From the NCBI GenBank assembly GCA_019358935.1, contig JAHHIK010000019.1, forward strand, positions 29,845 to 93,844: 64,000 bases of DNA, read 5' to 3'. Below are positions 51,729 through 62,701 of this stretch, piece after piece. A program made the position numbers and the translations under genes. The stretch comes from Tolypothrix carrinoi HA7290-LM1. GTDB taxonomy: Bacteria > Cyanobacteriota > Cyanobacteriia > Cyanobacteriales > Nostocaceae. The notes beneath the pieces are model-generated. The model saw only the letters and a program-made list of their open reading frames with translations, searched no databases and was not told where the DNA came from. Position 1 is the first letter of the stretch. The number at the start of each line of letters is the position of its first letter.

Positions 51729-51773
51729 CATAACAGTTGTTATGTTTTTTGTAACGGCATAACAACTGTTGTG
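51729..51773. promoter_or_regulatory. Two inverted TetR operator palindromes
   Basis: CATAACAGTTGTTATG (51729-51744) and CATAACAACTGTTGTG (51758-51773), next to TTGACA. Confidence 0.7.
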
Positions 51774-51845
51774 ATGTTGCCTCCAGCGGCGCTCCTTGTG
51801 TCGTTAGGTAGCCTCATACCTGAATCCGTGCGCTCTCTGTTCGCT

Positions 51846-51875
51846 ATGATTCGACCAACCACGCCCAACGACACC
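51846..51875 (+). pseudogene. 5' remnant of a GNAT gene
   Basis: GTTCGCT-ATG MIRPTTPNDT duplicates the start of 52061 (MIRPTTPDDT). Confidence 0.75.
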
Positions 51876-52060
51876 TTCCTTCACCCCCTGGGCTAAACCT
51901 GGACAAATGTGAGACGGTTCCTTTTTTACGCAGAGGCGCAACCACCCATGACAATGAGCGGATGTTCGCGAAGCGTCTCGCCTTGGGAGAAGGCTGTCCA
52001 CATTTGAAAGAGCGTTTGTGAAACCCTGCTACTTCATTTTACACGCACACGGAGTTCGCT

Positions 52061-52531
52061 ATGATTCGACCGACTACACCCGATGACACGACCGCGCTGA
52101 TTGCCGTAGCCAACGCAATCGGTTTCGAGCCGAAAGAGCTCGATGAGCTCGGCAAAATGCTGGCTGACTACCTCGGTGGCAACAGTGACAGCGATCACTT
52201 CTGGATCAGCGACGACGATGACGAAGACGGGCTGGTGGGGGTCGCCTACTGTGAGCCTGAACGGATGACCGATCAGACGTGGAACCTACAATTGATCGCC
52301 ATTCGCCCCGACCGCCAGGGACAAGGACGCGGTGGGGAACTGCTGCGCTACGTTGAAGAAACTTTGAAGGCGCGCGGTGGGCGAATGCTACTGGTGGAAA
52401 CGTTAGCGAGCTTCGAGCGGACACGGACGTTCTACGCGAAGTGCGGCTACGAGGAGGAGGCTCGCATCCGGGACTTCTACACGGCGGGCGCTGATAAGGT
52501 CGTATTCCGCAAAGTGTTGAACGCAGCCTAG
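52061..52531 (+). CDS. GNAT acetyltransferase
   Basis: IAIRPDRQGQGRGGELL, FYAKCGY; visibly GC-rich, no HIP1. Confidence 0.9.
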   Translation: MIRPTTPDDTTALIAVANAIGFEPKELDELGKMLADYLGGNSDSDHFWISDDDDEDGLVGVAYCEPERMTDQTWNLQLIAIRPDRQGQGRGGELLRYVEETLKARGGRMLLVETLASFERTRTFYAKCGYEEEARIRDFYTAGADKVVFRKVLNAA

Positions 52532-52748
52532 ACCACAGTCTGGGGCAAGGGATCACCGTCCGCGTTAAACCTAAATTAATACCATCAGCAAGCAAGGCAC
52601 TTAACAAAACAACTTTGTTCTCCTCGAAAATTGTTGTAGAGACGCGAAATTAACGCGTCTCTACATCTTTGGGAATGACGCAAAATAGTTCTGTGAGGGG
52701 TGATATCCCTGAATGACCAGCGGTATCCGCGCTTGGATGGGGTGGATG

Positions 52749-55700
52749 TCAAGCTGCTTCAGGAAGCGCACCTTGCATTTTCCCTAAAGCGTCGATGAGA
52801 TTTTGCAACTGTTGATCTGCTTTGAGAACTGCTAAACCGCGCACGGTGACTTTACCGGGTGAGAAAACAAAGCGCGATCGCATTGACTCTGATAAATTTG
52901 CTGCTAACAAATTCCAAGCAGGTTCTTCCATCGGTGTTTCTAAAACGATATGCTGTTTAGCTTCGGGTTTGATGCGGCTAAATCCGAGATTCTTTGCTAG
53001 CTGTTTCAATTCCATCACTCGCAACAGTTGATTTGCGCTCTTCGGAATTGTGCCAAAGCGATCGCTCCACTCGGCAGCAATCATTGATAATTCTTGTTTA
53101 CCTTTTGCCGCTGCTACCGCACGATAAGCACTCATCTTTTGATCCAAATCGGGAATGTAATCGGCGGGAATAAATGCTGTCAAATTCAGGTCAATTTGAG
53201 TATCATCAACTTTGGGAATTTCCTGTCCGCGAATTTCCCGAATTGCCTCTTCGAGCATTTCCATATACAAATCAAAGCCGATCGTTTCCATTTGACCGGA
53301 TTGTTCTGCACCTAGCAAGTTACCTACACCCCTAATTTCCATATCCCGCATCGCTAATTGATATCCAGAACCCAATTGAGTGAATTCCTGAATCGCTCGC
53401 AAACGCTGGCGGGCAGCATCAGATAATGCTCGCTGCTTCGGGTAAAATAACCAGGCATGAGCTTGTATACCCGCACGTCCTACCCGTCCCCGCAACTGGT
53501 ATAATTGCGCTAAACCAAAGCGATGAGCATCTTCAATTAAGATGGTGTTGACTCGCGGAATATCCAAACCAGATTCAATAATCGTTGTGCAAAGCAGGAT
53601 ATCAGCATCGCCATTGCCGAAAGTGAGCATGGTTGATTCTAACTCGCTTTCATCCATTTGACCGTGAGCGATCGCCAATCTTGCCCCTGGTATCATTTCT
53701 CGCAACTTCGTTGCCGTTTCTTCAATTCCCTCTACCCGTGGAACTACATAAAAAATCTGTCCGCCTCTGTCTAATTCTTGACGTATAGCCGTGCGGACAC
53801 TTTCCGGGTTTAGCGGTGAAAGATGAGTTTGAATTGGGCGTCTTGATGGAGGTGGTGTAGTAATTAAACTCATTTCCCGAATTCCCGACAAGGACATATA
53901 CAAAGTGCGGGGAATCGGAGTAGCAGAAAGAGTCAGCACATCAACTTGAGTTTTTAGGCTTTTAATTTTCTCCTTCTGATTCACCCCAAACCGCTGTTCT
54001 TCATCCACCACCAAAAGTCCTAAATCTCGGAATGACACACCTTTACCTAAAAGTTGGTGTGTGCCAACAACTACATCTAATTCACCCGTAGCCAGTCGCT
54101 TTTGAATTTCGCGACGTTCTTCAGCGCTGCGAAAACGGTTGAGTAAACCAACATTCACCGGATAGGGAGCAAAGCGTTCCTTCAAAGTGTGGTAGTGTTG
54201 CTGAGTTAAAATCGTTGTCGGTGCGAGGAGTGCAACTTGCTTCCCAGCAGTGACAGCTTTAAAAACAGCGCGAATTGCCACTTCCGTTTTACCAAAACCG
54301 ACATCACCACAAACTAAGCGATCCATTGGGCGATCGCTTTCCATATCCCGTTTGACATCTTGCACCGCTTTGAGTTGATCCGTTGTCGGTTGGTAAGGAA
54401 AAGACTCTTCTAATTCCTCTTGCCAAGGCATATCCGCTGGATAAGTAAAACCATGTTGTTGCGATCGCGCTGCATACAACTTCAACAAATCCACTGCCAA
54501 TTTTCTGATGGCTTTGCGGACTCTATTCTTGGTATTTTCCCAAGCCTTCCCAGTCATCTTGTTGAGTTCTGGTACTTTCTCCCCACTACTGCGTAACCGA
54601 GATAAAGCACCAACTTGATCCGCAGCAACTCTTAACAACCCGTCAGCGTACTGCACCACCAGATAATCACGAGTTTCGTTATTAATCGTCAAACTTTCTA
54701 GCTTGACAAATTTACCCACACCATGATTTCTGTGAACTACATAATCACCAGGACGTAGCTTCTGAGGGTCAACTTGCTTAGAAGCAGCTTTGCGACGCTT
54801 GCGGATATAACTGGGAGTAGCTAGAGAATGCTGCCCAAAAAATTCCCGGTCAGTGACAACAACCATCCGGAATGTTGGCAGGATAAAGCCTTCCAACTCT
54901 GCCAAACCAGAATATTTTAAAGCGATCGGTGTGTGATTAATTTGTAGCTTGTCGATCGCTTGATAATCGCGGGGATTAGGAATAAACTGTGCCGGACAGT
55001 CGTGTTCTTGCAAAAGAGACACAGAACGACTTGGTTGAGCGGAAATCAACCAGACAGAGAAATTGCGATCGCGTTCAGTGCGGAGAGTTTCTGCAAGTTT
55101 GGCAAATTGATGCGGTGTGACGGGAACAGCTCTACTAGCAAGATTAATACCGCTATTTTCCTCTACCAGTTCCGATAAATATAATATTTTAAATTTTGCC
55201 GCATCTGCCAGAGAATCATCAAAAGAACGATGAATTTTCGGTAATGTTGGCGTAGAGACGTTCCATTGGAACGTCTGTACGGGAGTAGAGGTAGATTCTT
55301 CCCCACTCCCCACTCCCCATTGCCCATTGCCCATTTCCCATTGTTCTTCAGCATTTTCTACCCAGCGATCGCTATGAGCATGACATTGTTCTGGCTCATC
55401 AATCGCAATCAAAGTATTTTCGGGCAAATAATCTAGCAAAGAAGCAGGTTTCTCAAAAGCTAAACCCAAAAAGCGCCGACTACCTTCAATCTGCTCACTT
55501 ACGTCAAACCGTTCTTTATCTTCAGAGGAAAAATAAGTTTTAACTTGTTCTAGCTTGTCCTTATTTAGCTGCTGAATCACAATTGGAGCAAAGCTAGTAG
55601 GAGTAAGAATCAACTGCTCAATTTTGTCAAGGGCAGAACGTTGAGTTGAAGGGTCAAATTCGCGTATTTGCTCAATTTCGTCGCCAAACCATTCCAATCT

Positions 55701-56450
55701 TACTGGCAATTCCGAAGAAACTGGAAACACATCAACAATATCGCCACGCCGACTCCACTGACCTTCCATTTCTACCATCGGCACTCGCTCGTATCCCAAA
55801 GTAGCTAATTTTTCACTAAAGCTACTTGAATCAAATTCCATCCCCCGCTTGAGAGTGAGACAGAAAGGTTTAAAAGCTGCTGGGGGTGGTAGATGGAGTT
55901 GCAACGCTCTCTCCGTCGCGACAATCGCTACTTTGGGTAATTGGGAATTGGTAATTGGTAATTGGGAATTGGTAATTGGTAATTGGGAATTGGTAATTGG
56001 TAATTGGGAATTGGTAATTTCCCCTTTCCCCTTTTCCCTTTCCCCTTTCCCCATTCCCCCTTCCCCTTTTCCCTTTTCCCATTCCCCATTCCCCATTCCC
56101 GATTCCCCATTCCCCTTTACCAAATCCGCCAAAACCTGCATTTGTCCCCAAGTCATTTCGGTTTCCGGGTCAAAGGGTTCGTAGGGGGACGCTTCAGAGG
56201 TAGGGTAAAAATGTACCGTTTGCCATCCCATAGCCTCTAACTGTGCATAAGCGCGTCCAGCTTCTTCCAGAGTGGCACACACCACTAACAAATTTTGTTT
56301 ATTAGTTTGGGCTAACGCTGAAGTGATAAAGCCTTTAGGTAAGCGGGAAATGCCACTTAAGCGTAAATTATTTTGTCGATTTAACTTAGAAATCAGTTCA
56401 GTGGTGAGAGGCGATCGCCCTAAAGCACGCACAATCGAAGAAAAAGCCAT
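52749..56450 (-). CDS. mfd: Transcription-repair coupling factor with two repeat-derived inserts
   Basis: RGDIVDVFP, CarD-like domain, [28 protein letters not shown] domain. Confidence 0.97.
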   Translation of the reverse strand: MAFSSIVRALGRSPLTTELISKLNRQNNLRLSGISRLPKGFITSALAQTNKQNLLVVCATLEEAGRAYAQLEAMGWQTVHFYPTSEASPYEPFDPETEMTWGQMQVLADLVKGNGESGMGNGEWEKGKGEGGMGKGEREKGKGEITNSQLPITNSQLPITNSQLPITNSQLPKVAIVATERALQLHLPPPAAFKPFCLTLKRGMEFDSSSFSEKLATLGYERVPMVEMEGQWSRRGDIVDVFPVSSELPVRLEWFGDEIEQIREFDPSTQRSALDKIEQLILTPTSFAPIVIQQLNKDKLEQVKTYFSSEDKERFDVSEQIEGSRRFLGLAFEKPASLLDYLPENTLIAIDEPEQCHAHSDRWVENAEEQWEMGNGQWGVGSGEESTSTPVQTFQWNVSTPTLPKIHRSFDDSLADAAKFKILYLSELVEENSGINLASRAVPVTPHQFAKLAETLRTERDRNFSVWLISAQPSRSVSLLQEHDCPAQFIPNPRDYQAIDKLQINHTPIALKYSGLAELEGFILPTFRMVVVTDREFFGQHSLATPSYIRKRRKAASKQVDPQKLRPGDYVVHRNHGVGKFVKLESLTINNETRDYLVVQYADGLLRVAADQVGALSRLRSSGEKVPELNKMTGKAWENTKNRVRKAIRKLAVDLLKLYAARSQQHGFTYPADMPWQEELEESFPYQPTTDQLKAVQDVKRDMESDRPMDRLVCGDVGFGKTEVAIRAVFKAVTAGKQVALLAPTTILTQQHYHTLKERFAPYPVNVGLLNRFRSAEERREIQKRLATGELDVVVGTHQLLGKGVSFRDLGLLVVDEEQRFGVNQKEKIKSLKTQVDVLTLSATPIPRTLYMSLSGIREMSLITTPPPSRRPIQTHLSPLNPESVRTAIRQELDRGGQIFYVVPRVEGIEETATKLREMIPGARLAIAHGQMDESELESTMLTFGNGDADILLCTTIIESGLDIPRVNTILIEDAHRFGLAQLYQLRGRVGRAGIQAHAWLFYPKQRALSDAARQRLRAIQEFTQLGSGYQLAMRDMEIRGVGNLLGAEQSGQMETIGFDLYMEMLEEAIREIRGQEIPKVDDTQIDLNLTAFIPADYIPDLDQKMSAYRAVAAAKGKQELSMIAAEWSDRFGTIPKSANQLLRVMELKQLAKNLGFSRIKPEAKQHIVLETPMEEPAWNLLAANLSESMRSRFVFSPGKVTVRGLAVLKADQQLQNLIDALGKMQGALPEAA

Positions 56451-56731
56451 AAGTTCTACTATATATGGAAGTCGTTGCACTTGATGCAGGCGTACAGCAC
56501 CTGACTCAACTATTTTAAAAGTGTCAAGAGCGATAGTACTCTTGCTAGAGAATCATTAGTCCCTAGTACAATAACCACTAACTAATCGCTAAGATACGAA
56601 CAGTGTTCTACTTGAATGGCACTAATAACTAGTTTTTCTGCCCGATTGATTCTTTTATTATTGGAACACCTTCGATACTAGATACTAATAAAGTAAGAGC
56701 GCAGTTAGCCAATAAATCGGCAATTCAAGGA

Positions 56732-58057
56732 ATGTCTCCAACTATAGAAATTCTAATTATTTTCTTACTAATCTTCGCCAACGGTGTATTTGTCATGTCA
56801 GAGTTGGCGGTTGTCTCAGCACGCAAGGTGCGGTTGCAGCAGCTTGCGGAACGAGGCGATCTCAAAGCCCGTGCTGCTTTGGAACTAGCATCTTCCCCAA
56901 ATCAGTTTTTAGGAACCGTTCAGATTGGGATCACACTTTTAACAATTTTATCCGGTGCTTACGGCGAAGAGACGATCGCCAATCGAATAGCACCAGTTTT
57001 AAATTCTATTGCTTTGTTAGCGCCTTATAAGGAAAGTTTGGGCAAAATATTATCGATTATAATTATTACTTATTTAACGCTGATTCTTGGCGAACTGGTG
57101 CCTAAGCGGCTGGCGTTAAACCACCCAGAAGCAATTGCGGGTGTAGTCGCCATACCGATGCAGTTATTGGCTAAAATTGGCTCACCTATTGTTCATTTAT
57201 TAACTATTTCTACGGAGACAGTGCTGCGGTTATTGGGTATCAGACCGTCTACAGAGCCACAAATTACAGAAGAAGAAATTAGAGTCTTGATCGAGCAGGG
57301 GACGGAAGAGGGAACCTTTGAGGAAGCAGAACAAGATATGGTGGAGCGAGTATTTCGCTTAGGCGATCGCCCCGTCAGTTCTTTTATGACACCTCGTCCG
57401 GATATTGTCTGGCTGGACTTAGAAGACTTAGCAGAAGAAAACCGCCAAAAGATTGTAGATAGTGGTTATTCCCGATATCCAGTTTGTCAGGGGGGACTTG
57501 ACAATGTGTTGGGTGTCATACCCGTCACAGACTTGTTGGCTCGAAGTTTCTCTAATCAAGAACTAGATTTAACTGTCGGATTGCGACAGCCTGTATTTGT
57601 GCCAGAAAGCACCCGTGGTTTAAAAGTTTTGGAGTTATTCAAAGAAACAATAACTCACATGGCTTTGGTAGTTGATGAATACGGTGTAATTCAGGGATTA
57701 GTAACACTCAACGATATTATGAGCGAAATAGTAGGTGATGTTGCTTCTGCTGACGATCAGGAAAATCCCCAAGCGGTACAACGCGAGGATGGTTCCTGGT
57801 TATTGGATGGAATGTTGCCTGTAGATGAGTTTTTAGAACTTTTCGAGATGGAAGAGTTAAAGTTTGACGAACGCGGTAGCTATCAGACATTAGGTGGTTT
57901 TGTGATCACCCATTTAGGACGTATCCCCGCAGCTGCCGATAATTTTCAATGGCAGGGTATGCGTTTTGAGGTGATGGATATGGACGGCAACCGTGTTGAT
58001 AAAGTTTTAGTAGTGCCAGCAGAAGATAAATTGACTGATTCGACAAACGAAAATTAG
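56732..58057 (+). CDS. Hemolysin-family DUF21-CBS-CorC protein
   Basis: NGVFVMSELA, QIGIT, GELVPK, YSRYPV, VDEYG, TLGGFV. Confidence 0.9.
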   Translation: MSPTIEILIIFLLIFANGVFVMSELAVVSARKVRLQQLAERGDLKARAALELASSPNQFLGTVQIGITLLTILSGAYGEETIANRIAPVLNSIALLAPYKESLGKILSIIIITYLTLILGELVPKRLALNHPEAIAGVVAIPMQLLAKIGSPIVHLLTISTETVLRLLGIRPSTEPQITEEEIRVLIEQGTEEGTFEEAEQDMVERVFRLGDRPVSSFMTPRPDIVWLDLEDLAEENRQKIVDSGYSRYPVCQGGLDNVLGVIPVTDLLARSFSNQELDLTVGLRQPVFVPESTRGLKVLELFKETITHMALVVDEYGVIQGLVTLNDIMSEIVGDVASADDQENPQAVQREDGSWLLDGMLPVDEFLELFEMEELKFDERGSYQTLGGFVITHLGRIPAAADNFQWQGMRFEVMDMDGNRVDKVLVVPAEDKLTDSTNEN

Positions 58058-58182
58058 CGCATGGGGCATGGGGCATTGGGCATGGGGCATCGGGCATGGG
58101 GCATCGGGCATGGGGCATCGGGCATCGGGGAGCCAGTGCCCATTGCCCATTGCCCATTGCCCATTGCCCATTGCCCAATGCC

Positions 58183-59364
58183 CTATTTTTGAGACAAACG
58201 CTTAACTGCTTCCCCTGCCAACATTTGATGCGCTTGTGCAAGCAAGTGGGGAATTTTGTCAGCGTGGGGACTGCGGATAAGACATTGCTGCAAGTTGAGT
58301 TTGTCTACTTGGTCTGCTTTGTTACCAGGAAACCAGTCACCAGCATTACCAAGCAAGTTGTAGCGTATTTTCGCATATTCCGTCATATCGTAGGCGATCG
58401 CTAAATTTCTCAACCACAAAATCACCGGAATATTTACGTTTCCTGGTGTTTCTTGATAGCTGGGCAAATTGACATCCCAGGTTTTCACCCAGTCTTCTCC
58501 CAAAGAAGCGATCGCTTCTGCCTCCAAGGAAGCCAAAATCGGTGGTAAAATTTCTGATGCATTATCCAGCAATTCTAAAGTCTTCAAGTGTTCATCAAAA
58601 TCTTCGGGTTTTGACGCTCCCAAACTTAGAGTATGCACCTCTCGATGACTCAGACAAAATAAATCATTAAACACCATCGGACTCAAAGGAGCGCAAAGAT
58701 TTACTAACTTTTGTGACGGATCGTATAACTTTCCCCCTTTATCTGATGGGCTAATAATAAATACCCCCATATCATGGCGAGTTGCCGCTTCAATTGCCGC
58801 CCAATTATTTTGATTAATGTAATACCAATGCAAATTAACATAATCAAATTGATTGGTATTAATTGCCTCGATAATTATATCGGTTGATCCATGCGTCGAA
58901 AAGCCAATAAATTTAACTTTTCCTTGCGCTTGCAGCTTTCTAGCTACATCCAAACAGCCACCAGGACGAATACAGTAATCTAACGTTTCCGGATTATTGA
59001 TACCGTGTAACCCCAGCAAATCTATATAATCCAGTTGGAGATTTTGCAGCGACTTTTCAAGATTGCGTTCAAATTCTTTTGCATCTGCTTGAGGATTAAC
59101 TTTAGTTTGAACAATCAACTTAGCGCGGGGAAATTTCGGCAATATTTTTCCCAACTGTACCTCAGAAGTACCATAACCACGAGCAGTTTCAATGTGATTA
59201 ATGCCAACTTCTAAAGAACGTCGAATAGTAGCTTCGAGATTTTCTTGATTGTTACGTGGAATTTCCGACTGCGGAACATCCTGCCACTTATATTGATATC
59301 TCATACCACCGCAGGAAAAAACCGGCATTTCTAATTCTGTGCGTCCAAATCGTCTATATAGCAT
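58183..59364 (-). CDS. Aldo/keto reductase family protein
   Basis: MLYRRFGRT, GINHIETARGYGTSE, QTK, IGFSTHG. Confidence 0.88.
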   Translation of the reverse strand: MLYRRFGRTELEMPVFSCGGMRYQYKWQDVPQSEIPRNNQENLEATIRRSLEVGINHIETARGYGTSEVQLGKILPKFPRAKLIVQTKVNPQADAKEFERNLEKSLQNLQLDYIDLLGLHGINNPETLDYCIRPGGCLDVARKLQAQGKVKFIGFSTHGSTDIIIEAINTNQFDYVNLHWYYINQNNWAAIEAATRHDMGVFIISPSDKGGKLYDPSQKLVNLCAPLSPMVFNDLFCLSHREVHTLSLGASKPEDFDEHLKTLELLDNASEILPPILASLEAEAIASLGEDWVKTWDVNLPSYQETPGNVNIPVILWLRNLAIAYDMTEYAKIRYNLLGNAGDWFPGNKADQVDKLNLQQCLIRSPHADKIPHLLAQAHQMLAGEAVKRLSQK

Positions 59365-59932
59365 CTGTGAATTTTGGATTTTGGATGAGTTACTAATAAT
59401 AGTGGCGAATTTTCGATACTACCTTCATTCCTATGATGACAAAAATCCGGTTAATAAGTATTTATAACCACAGATGCACGCAGATAATTAATTTTAATTT
59501 CAAATTAATTAAACTACATACTTACTACAAAATTTCTCCAAAGCTCACAAATTCGATAAATTTTGTAGTATTGCAAGACAATTTTTGCGAAATATAAAAA
59601 ATATTATCGAAAATCAGAAACATAAACGGTTAGATGTGAAGTCTTTAAAAGCGACACACTTGATCAACAAGTGCTTGTGCGAATTAACGGCATTTGCCTT
59701 ATATATCATGTTCAGTCTGTGAAAAAGTTAAATTTTTTCCAATTTCTATCCCAAAGTGCATAACTTGATTTTTCTCACACCAATAAAGATATAGAAGGAG
59801 AAGCAAAACTATCCAAGATTAACTGACTTTCAGTAAATTAAGTTATGACTTAATTTACACAAGAAAACTTATGTCAAGGTGTAAGTCGAAATCTTATTAC
59901 TAAAACTACAAAATAATTATACGGAGGAACGA

Positions 59933-60160
59933 ATGCAGCAATATTCAACTACTCAAACAACAAATAACAGCGTTGATTTACGCTCCCATGACGCACACGC
60001 TTCTATTAACAATGTTATGGTAGCTCTGATTATTATGTTTCCCATTATGCTGTTTGTAGGCGTGAAAGCTTATAAAGGATATCGTATTGCTCTTCTACGC
60101 AAACAAATAGCAACTTTAGAAAAATTATGGCATTTAGATGTCAAAAATAAGAAGTATTAA
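59933..60160 (+). CDS. Small single-TM hypothetical protein
   Basis: GGAGG RBS; TM helix then KQIATLEKLW. Confidence 0.65.
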   Translation: MQQYSTTQTTNNSVDLRSHDAHASINNVMVALIIMFPIMLFVGVKAYKGYRIALLRKQIATLEKLWHLDVKNKKY

Positions 60161-60165
60161 ATTAG

Positions 60166-60680
60166 TAATGGGTAATGGGTAATGGGTAATGGGTAATGGG
60201 TAATGGGTAATGGGTAATGGGTAATGGTTCAAAGGGTTGCAGGTTTCGGGGGTAGGGTGTGGGGTGTGGGGAACCCACGTTTTAAAACGTGGGATTGTAA
60301 CAAGGACACTGTTTTTCTCGCGCTTTGCGTCTCGAAAAACATCTTTTTTTAAACTGAGCTTTAAACCCAGAACTAAAGTTTTTATTTAAACCCCTACACC
60401 CAACACCCAACACCCCACACCCTGTTTTTTTGTAATGGGTAATGGGTAATGGGTAATGGGTAATGGGTAAAAGTACTTTTTTACAACTAACAACCGACAA
60501 CCCACAACCCACAACCCACAACCCACAACCCTTCGGGTTCACCACTTGCTACAACGGGGGGAACCCCACGCCAGGTGCCTCAACGGAGGGAACCTCCGCA
60601 CAGCACTGGCTCCGCAACGCAGTGGTTCACCAACAACCAACAACTATCAACTATCAACTATCAACTAACAACTAACCAAT
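60166..60680. repeat. Composite STRR region with inserted elements
   Basis: (TAATGGG)n split by an about 200-bp element; (CAACCCA)n; nested palindromes 60540-60626; (CAACTAT)n. Confidence 0.85.
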
Positions 60681-60682
60681 TA

Positions 60683-61393
60683 CTAAATTTGTCTGACTAA
60701 GGGCTGACCATCTTTGACTTCGCCAATTAAAACTAAATCTGCACAGTTGACAAAGATGCCATTTTCTAATACGCCAGGAATGTTATTGAGTGTTTTTTCC
60801 AGGTTAACCGGATCGTCGATATTGTCAAATCTGACATCAACTACCATATTGCCTTGATCGGTGATTACTGGTCCAGCTTTTTTTACACCCATCCGAAGTT
60901 CTGGTTTACCACCGAGTTTTTTAATTGCATTAATAACCGGAGTAATTGCCATCGGTATAACTTCAACAGGCACGGGGAAACTAGAACCCAATCGATCAAC
61001 TAACTTACCACTATCGACAACGACGATAAACTGATTTGCTAAGTAGTCTACTACTTTTTCGCGGGTATGTGCCGCGCCACCACCTTTAATCAAATTCTTT
61101 TGCGGATCAACTTCATCAGCGCCGTCAATGGCGATATCGATGTGGTCAATTGCATCTAAAGTGGTGAGAGGGACACCGTATTGCTTTGCCAACACTTCTG
61201 ATTGAAACGATGTAGGCACACCAACGATATCTTTGAGTTCACCAGACTTGAGGCGATCGCCTAAAAACTGTATTGTATACGCTGTGGTTGACCCTGTACC
61301 CAACCCCACAATCGAACCTGATTTTACTAAGTTGGCGGCAGCTTTGCCAACTTCTTGCTTCATCAACTTCACTCCTTCTTCTGCTGCGGTCAT
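60683..61393 (-). CDS. rpiA: Ribose-5-phosphate isomerase A
   Basis: [35 protein letters not shown]. Confidence 0.97.
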   Translation of the reverse strand: MTAAEEGVKLMKQEVGKAAANLVKSGSIVGLGTGSTTAYTIQFLGDRLKSGELKDIVGVPTSFQSEVLAKQYGVPLTTLDAIDHIDIAIDGADEVDPQKNLIKGGGAAHTREKVVDYLANQFIVVVDSGKLVDRLGSSFPVPVEVIPMAITPVINAIKKLGGKPELRMGVKKAGPVITDQGNMVVDVRFDNIDDPVNLEKTLNNIPGVLENGIFVNCADLVLIGEVKDGQPLVRQI

Positions 61394-61494
61394 AACCAAA
61401 ATCCTCAAAAACTGGCTATAGTCCATCTTAGTGGGCAGTTGACACTCCCGGCTTATTATAATTTCTGAAATCTTCATTGTAATTAGGTGCGATC

Positions 61495-62298
61495 GTGCCA
61501 AAATTAGGTAAAATTTTCATCTACCCGATTAAGTCACTCGATGGTGTTGCAGTCAATCAAGCAACAATTCTTCCTGGTGGAGCATTACAGCATGACCGTG
61601 AATTAGTGTTAGTTGACGAAAATGGTAAATTTGTCAATGCCAAGCGTACTGCGAAAATACATTTAGTGCGATCGCGATTTGACTTGCAAAATCGAACCGT
61701 CTCACTGCAAGTTATGGGAACCAAAAAACAACTTTTTCAATTGGACGAGGAACGTAAAGCGATAGAACATTGGTTCAGTGACTTTTTTGGCTTTCAAGTC
61801 AAATTGCAAGAAAATTTGTTTACAGGCTTTCCAGATGACTTAAAATCATCAGGACCAACAATAGTCAGTACCGCAACTTTAACAGAAGTCGCTTCCTGGT
61901 TTCCCGGTCTCAGTCTGGAGCAAATACGCTGCCGCTTCCGCACAAATCTGGAAATTGACGACGTACCCCCATTTTGGGAAGACCAGCTATTTGCCGAAAA
62001 AGGTGAGATTTTACCCTTTCAGGTTGGAGATGTGCTATTTGAGGGCACTAATCCTTGTCAGCGTTGTCCGGTTCCGACACGAGATGCATTTACTGGGGAA
62101 GCTTACCCGAACTTTCAGAAAATTTTTGTCGAAAAACGCAAAGAAACCTTACCTGAGTGGGCGAATTTATCTCAGTTTAATCACTTTTTCCGATTGACTG
62201 CGAATACTCGAATCCCTGCATCGCAAGCCGGAAAAATTTTAAAAGTCAGCGACGTAGTTCATCGACCAGGGTGTCAAGCGTGTGGTCGTTTATATTAG
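61495..62298 (+). CDS. MOSC-domain protein
   Basis: [24 protein letters not shown]. Confidence 0.88.
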   Translation: MPKLGKIFIYPIKSLDGVAVNQATILPGGALQHDRELVLVDENGKFVNAKRTAKIHLVRSRFDLQNRTVSLQVMGTKKQLFQLDEERKAIEHWFSDFFGFQVKLQENLFTGFPDDLKSSGPTIVSTATLTEVASWFPGLSLEQIRCRFRTNLEIDDVPPFWEDQLFAEKGEILPFQVGDVLFEGTNPCQRCPVPTRDAFTGEAYPNFQKIFVEKRKETLPEWANLSQFNHFFRLTANTRIPASQAGKILKVSDVVHRPGCQACGRLY

Positions 62299-62504
62299 TT
62301 CACAATACAAGTCTGTTGGTTCACAACACAAGTCTGTTAGTTCACAACACAAGTCTGTTAGTTCACAACACAAGTTCGTTGGTTCACAACACAAGTCTGT
62401 TGGTTCACAACACAAGTCTGTTGGTTCACAACACAAGTTCGTTGGTTCACAACACAAGTTCGTTGGTTCACAACACAAGTCTGTTGGTTCACAACACAAG
62501 TTCG
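62295..62504. repeat. 21-bp tandem repeat, 10 copies
   Basis: TTRGTTCACAAYACAAGT(CT/TC)G units. Confidence 0.95.
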
Positions 62505-62701
62505 TTTTCGTTGACGCTGGTTGCGATCGCTTGTTTTTCTCAAAGACAGTAATTGTTGATGTGATTCAAGGTGCGGAATGTAGGTTAATATAAAGTCATG
62601 TAACTTTTTTATTACTAATTTTAAGTTTTATTACGGAATAAAGTTAACTTAAAAGTAGCCTAATGCTTGCTTTAATACTATTTAGGTTATAAATCAGTCA
62701 G

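Noticed and set aside
59915..59935. Glutamine riboswitch suggested by GGAGGAACG before ATG
   Set aside because: Upstream pairing elements are absent; explained by a Shine-Dalgarno sequence
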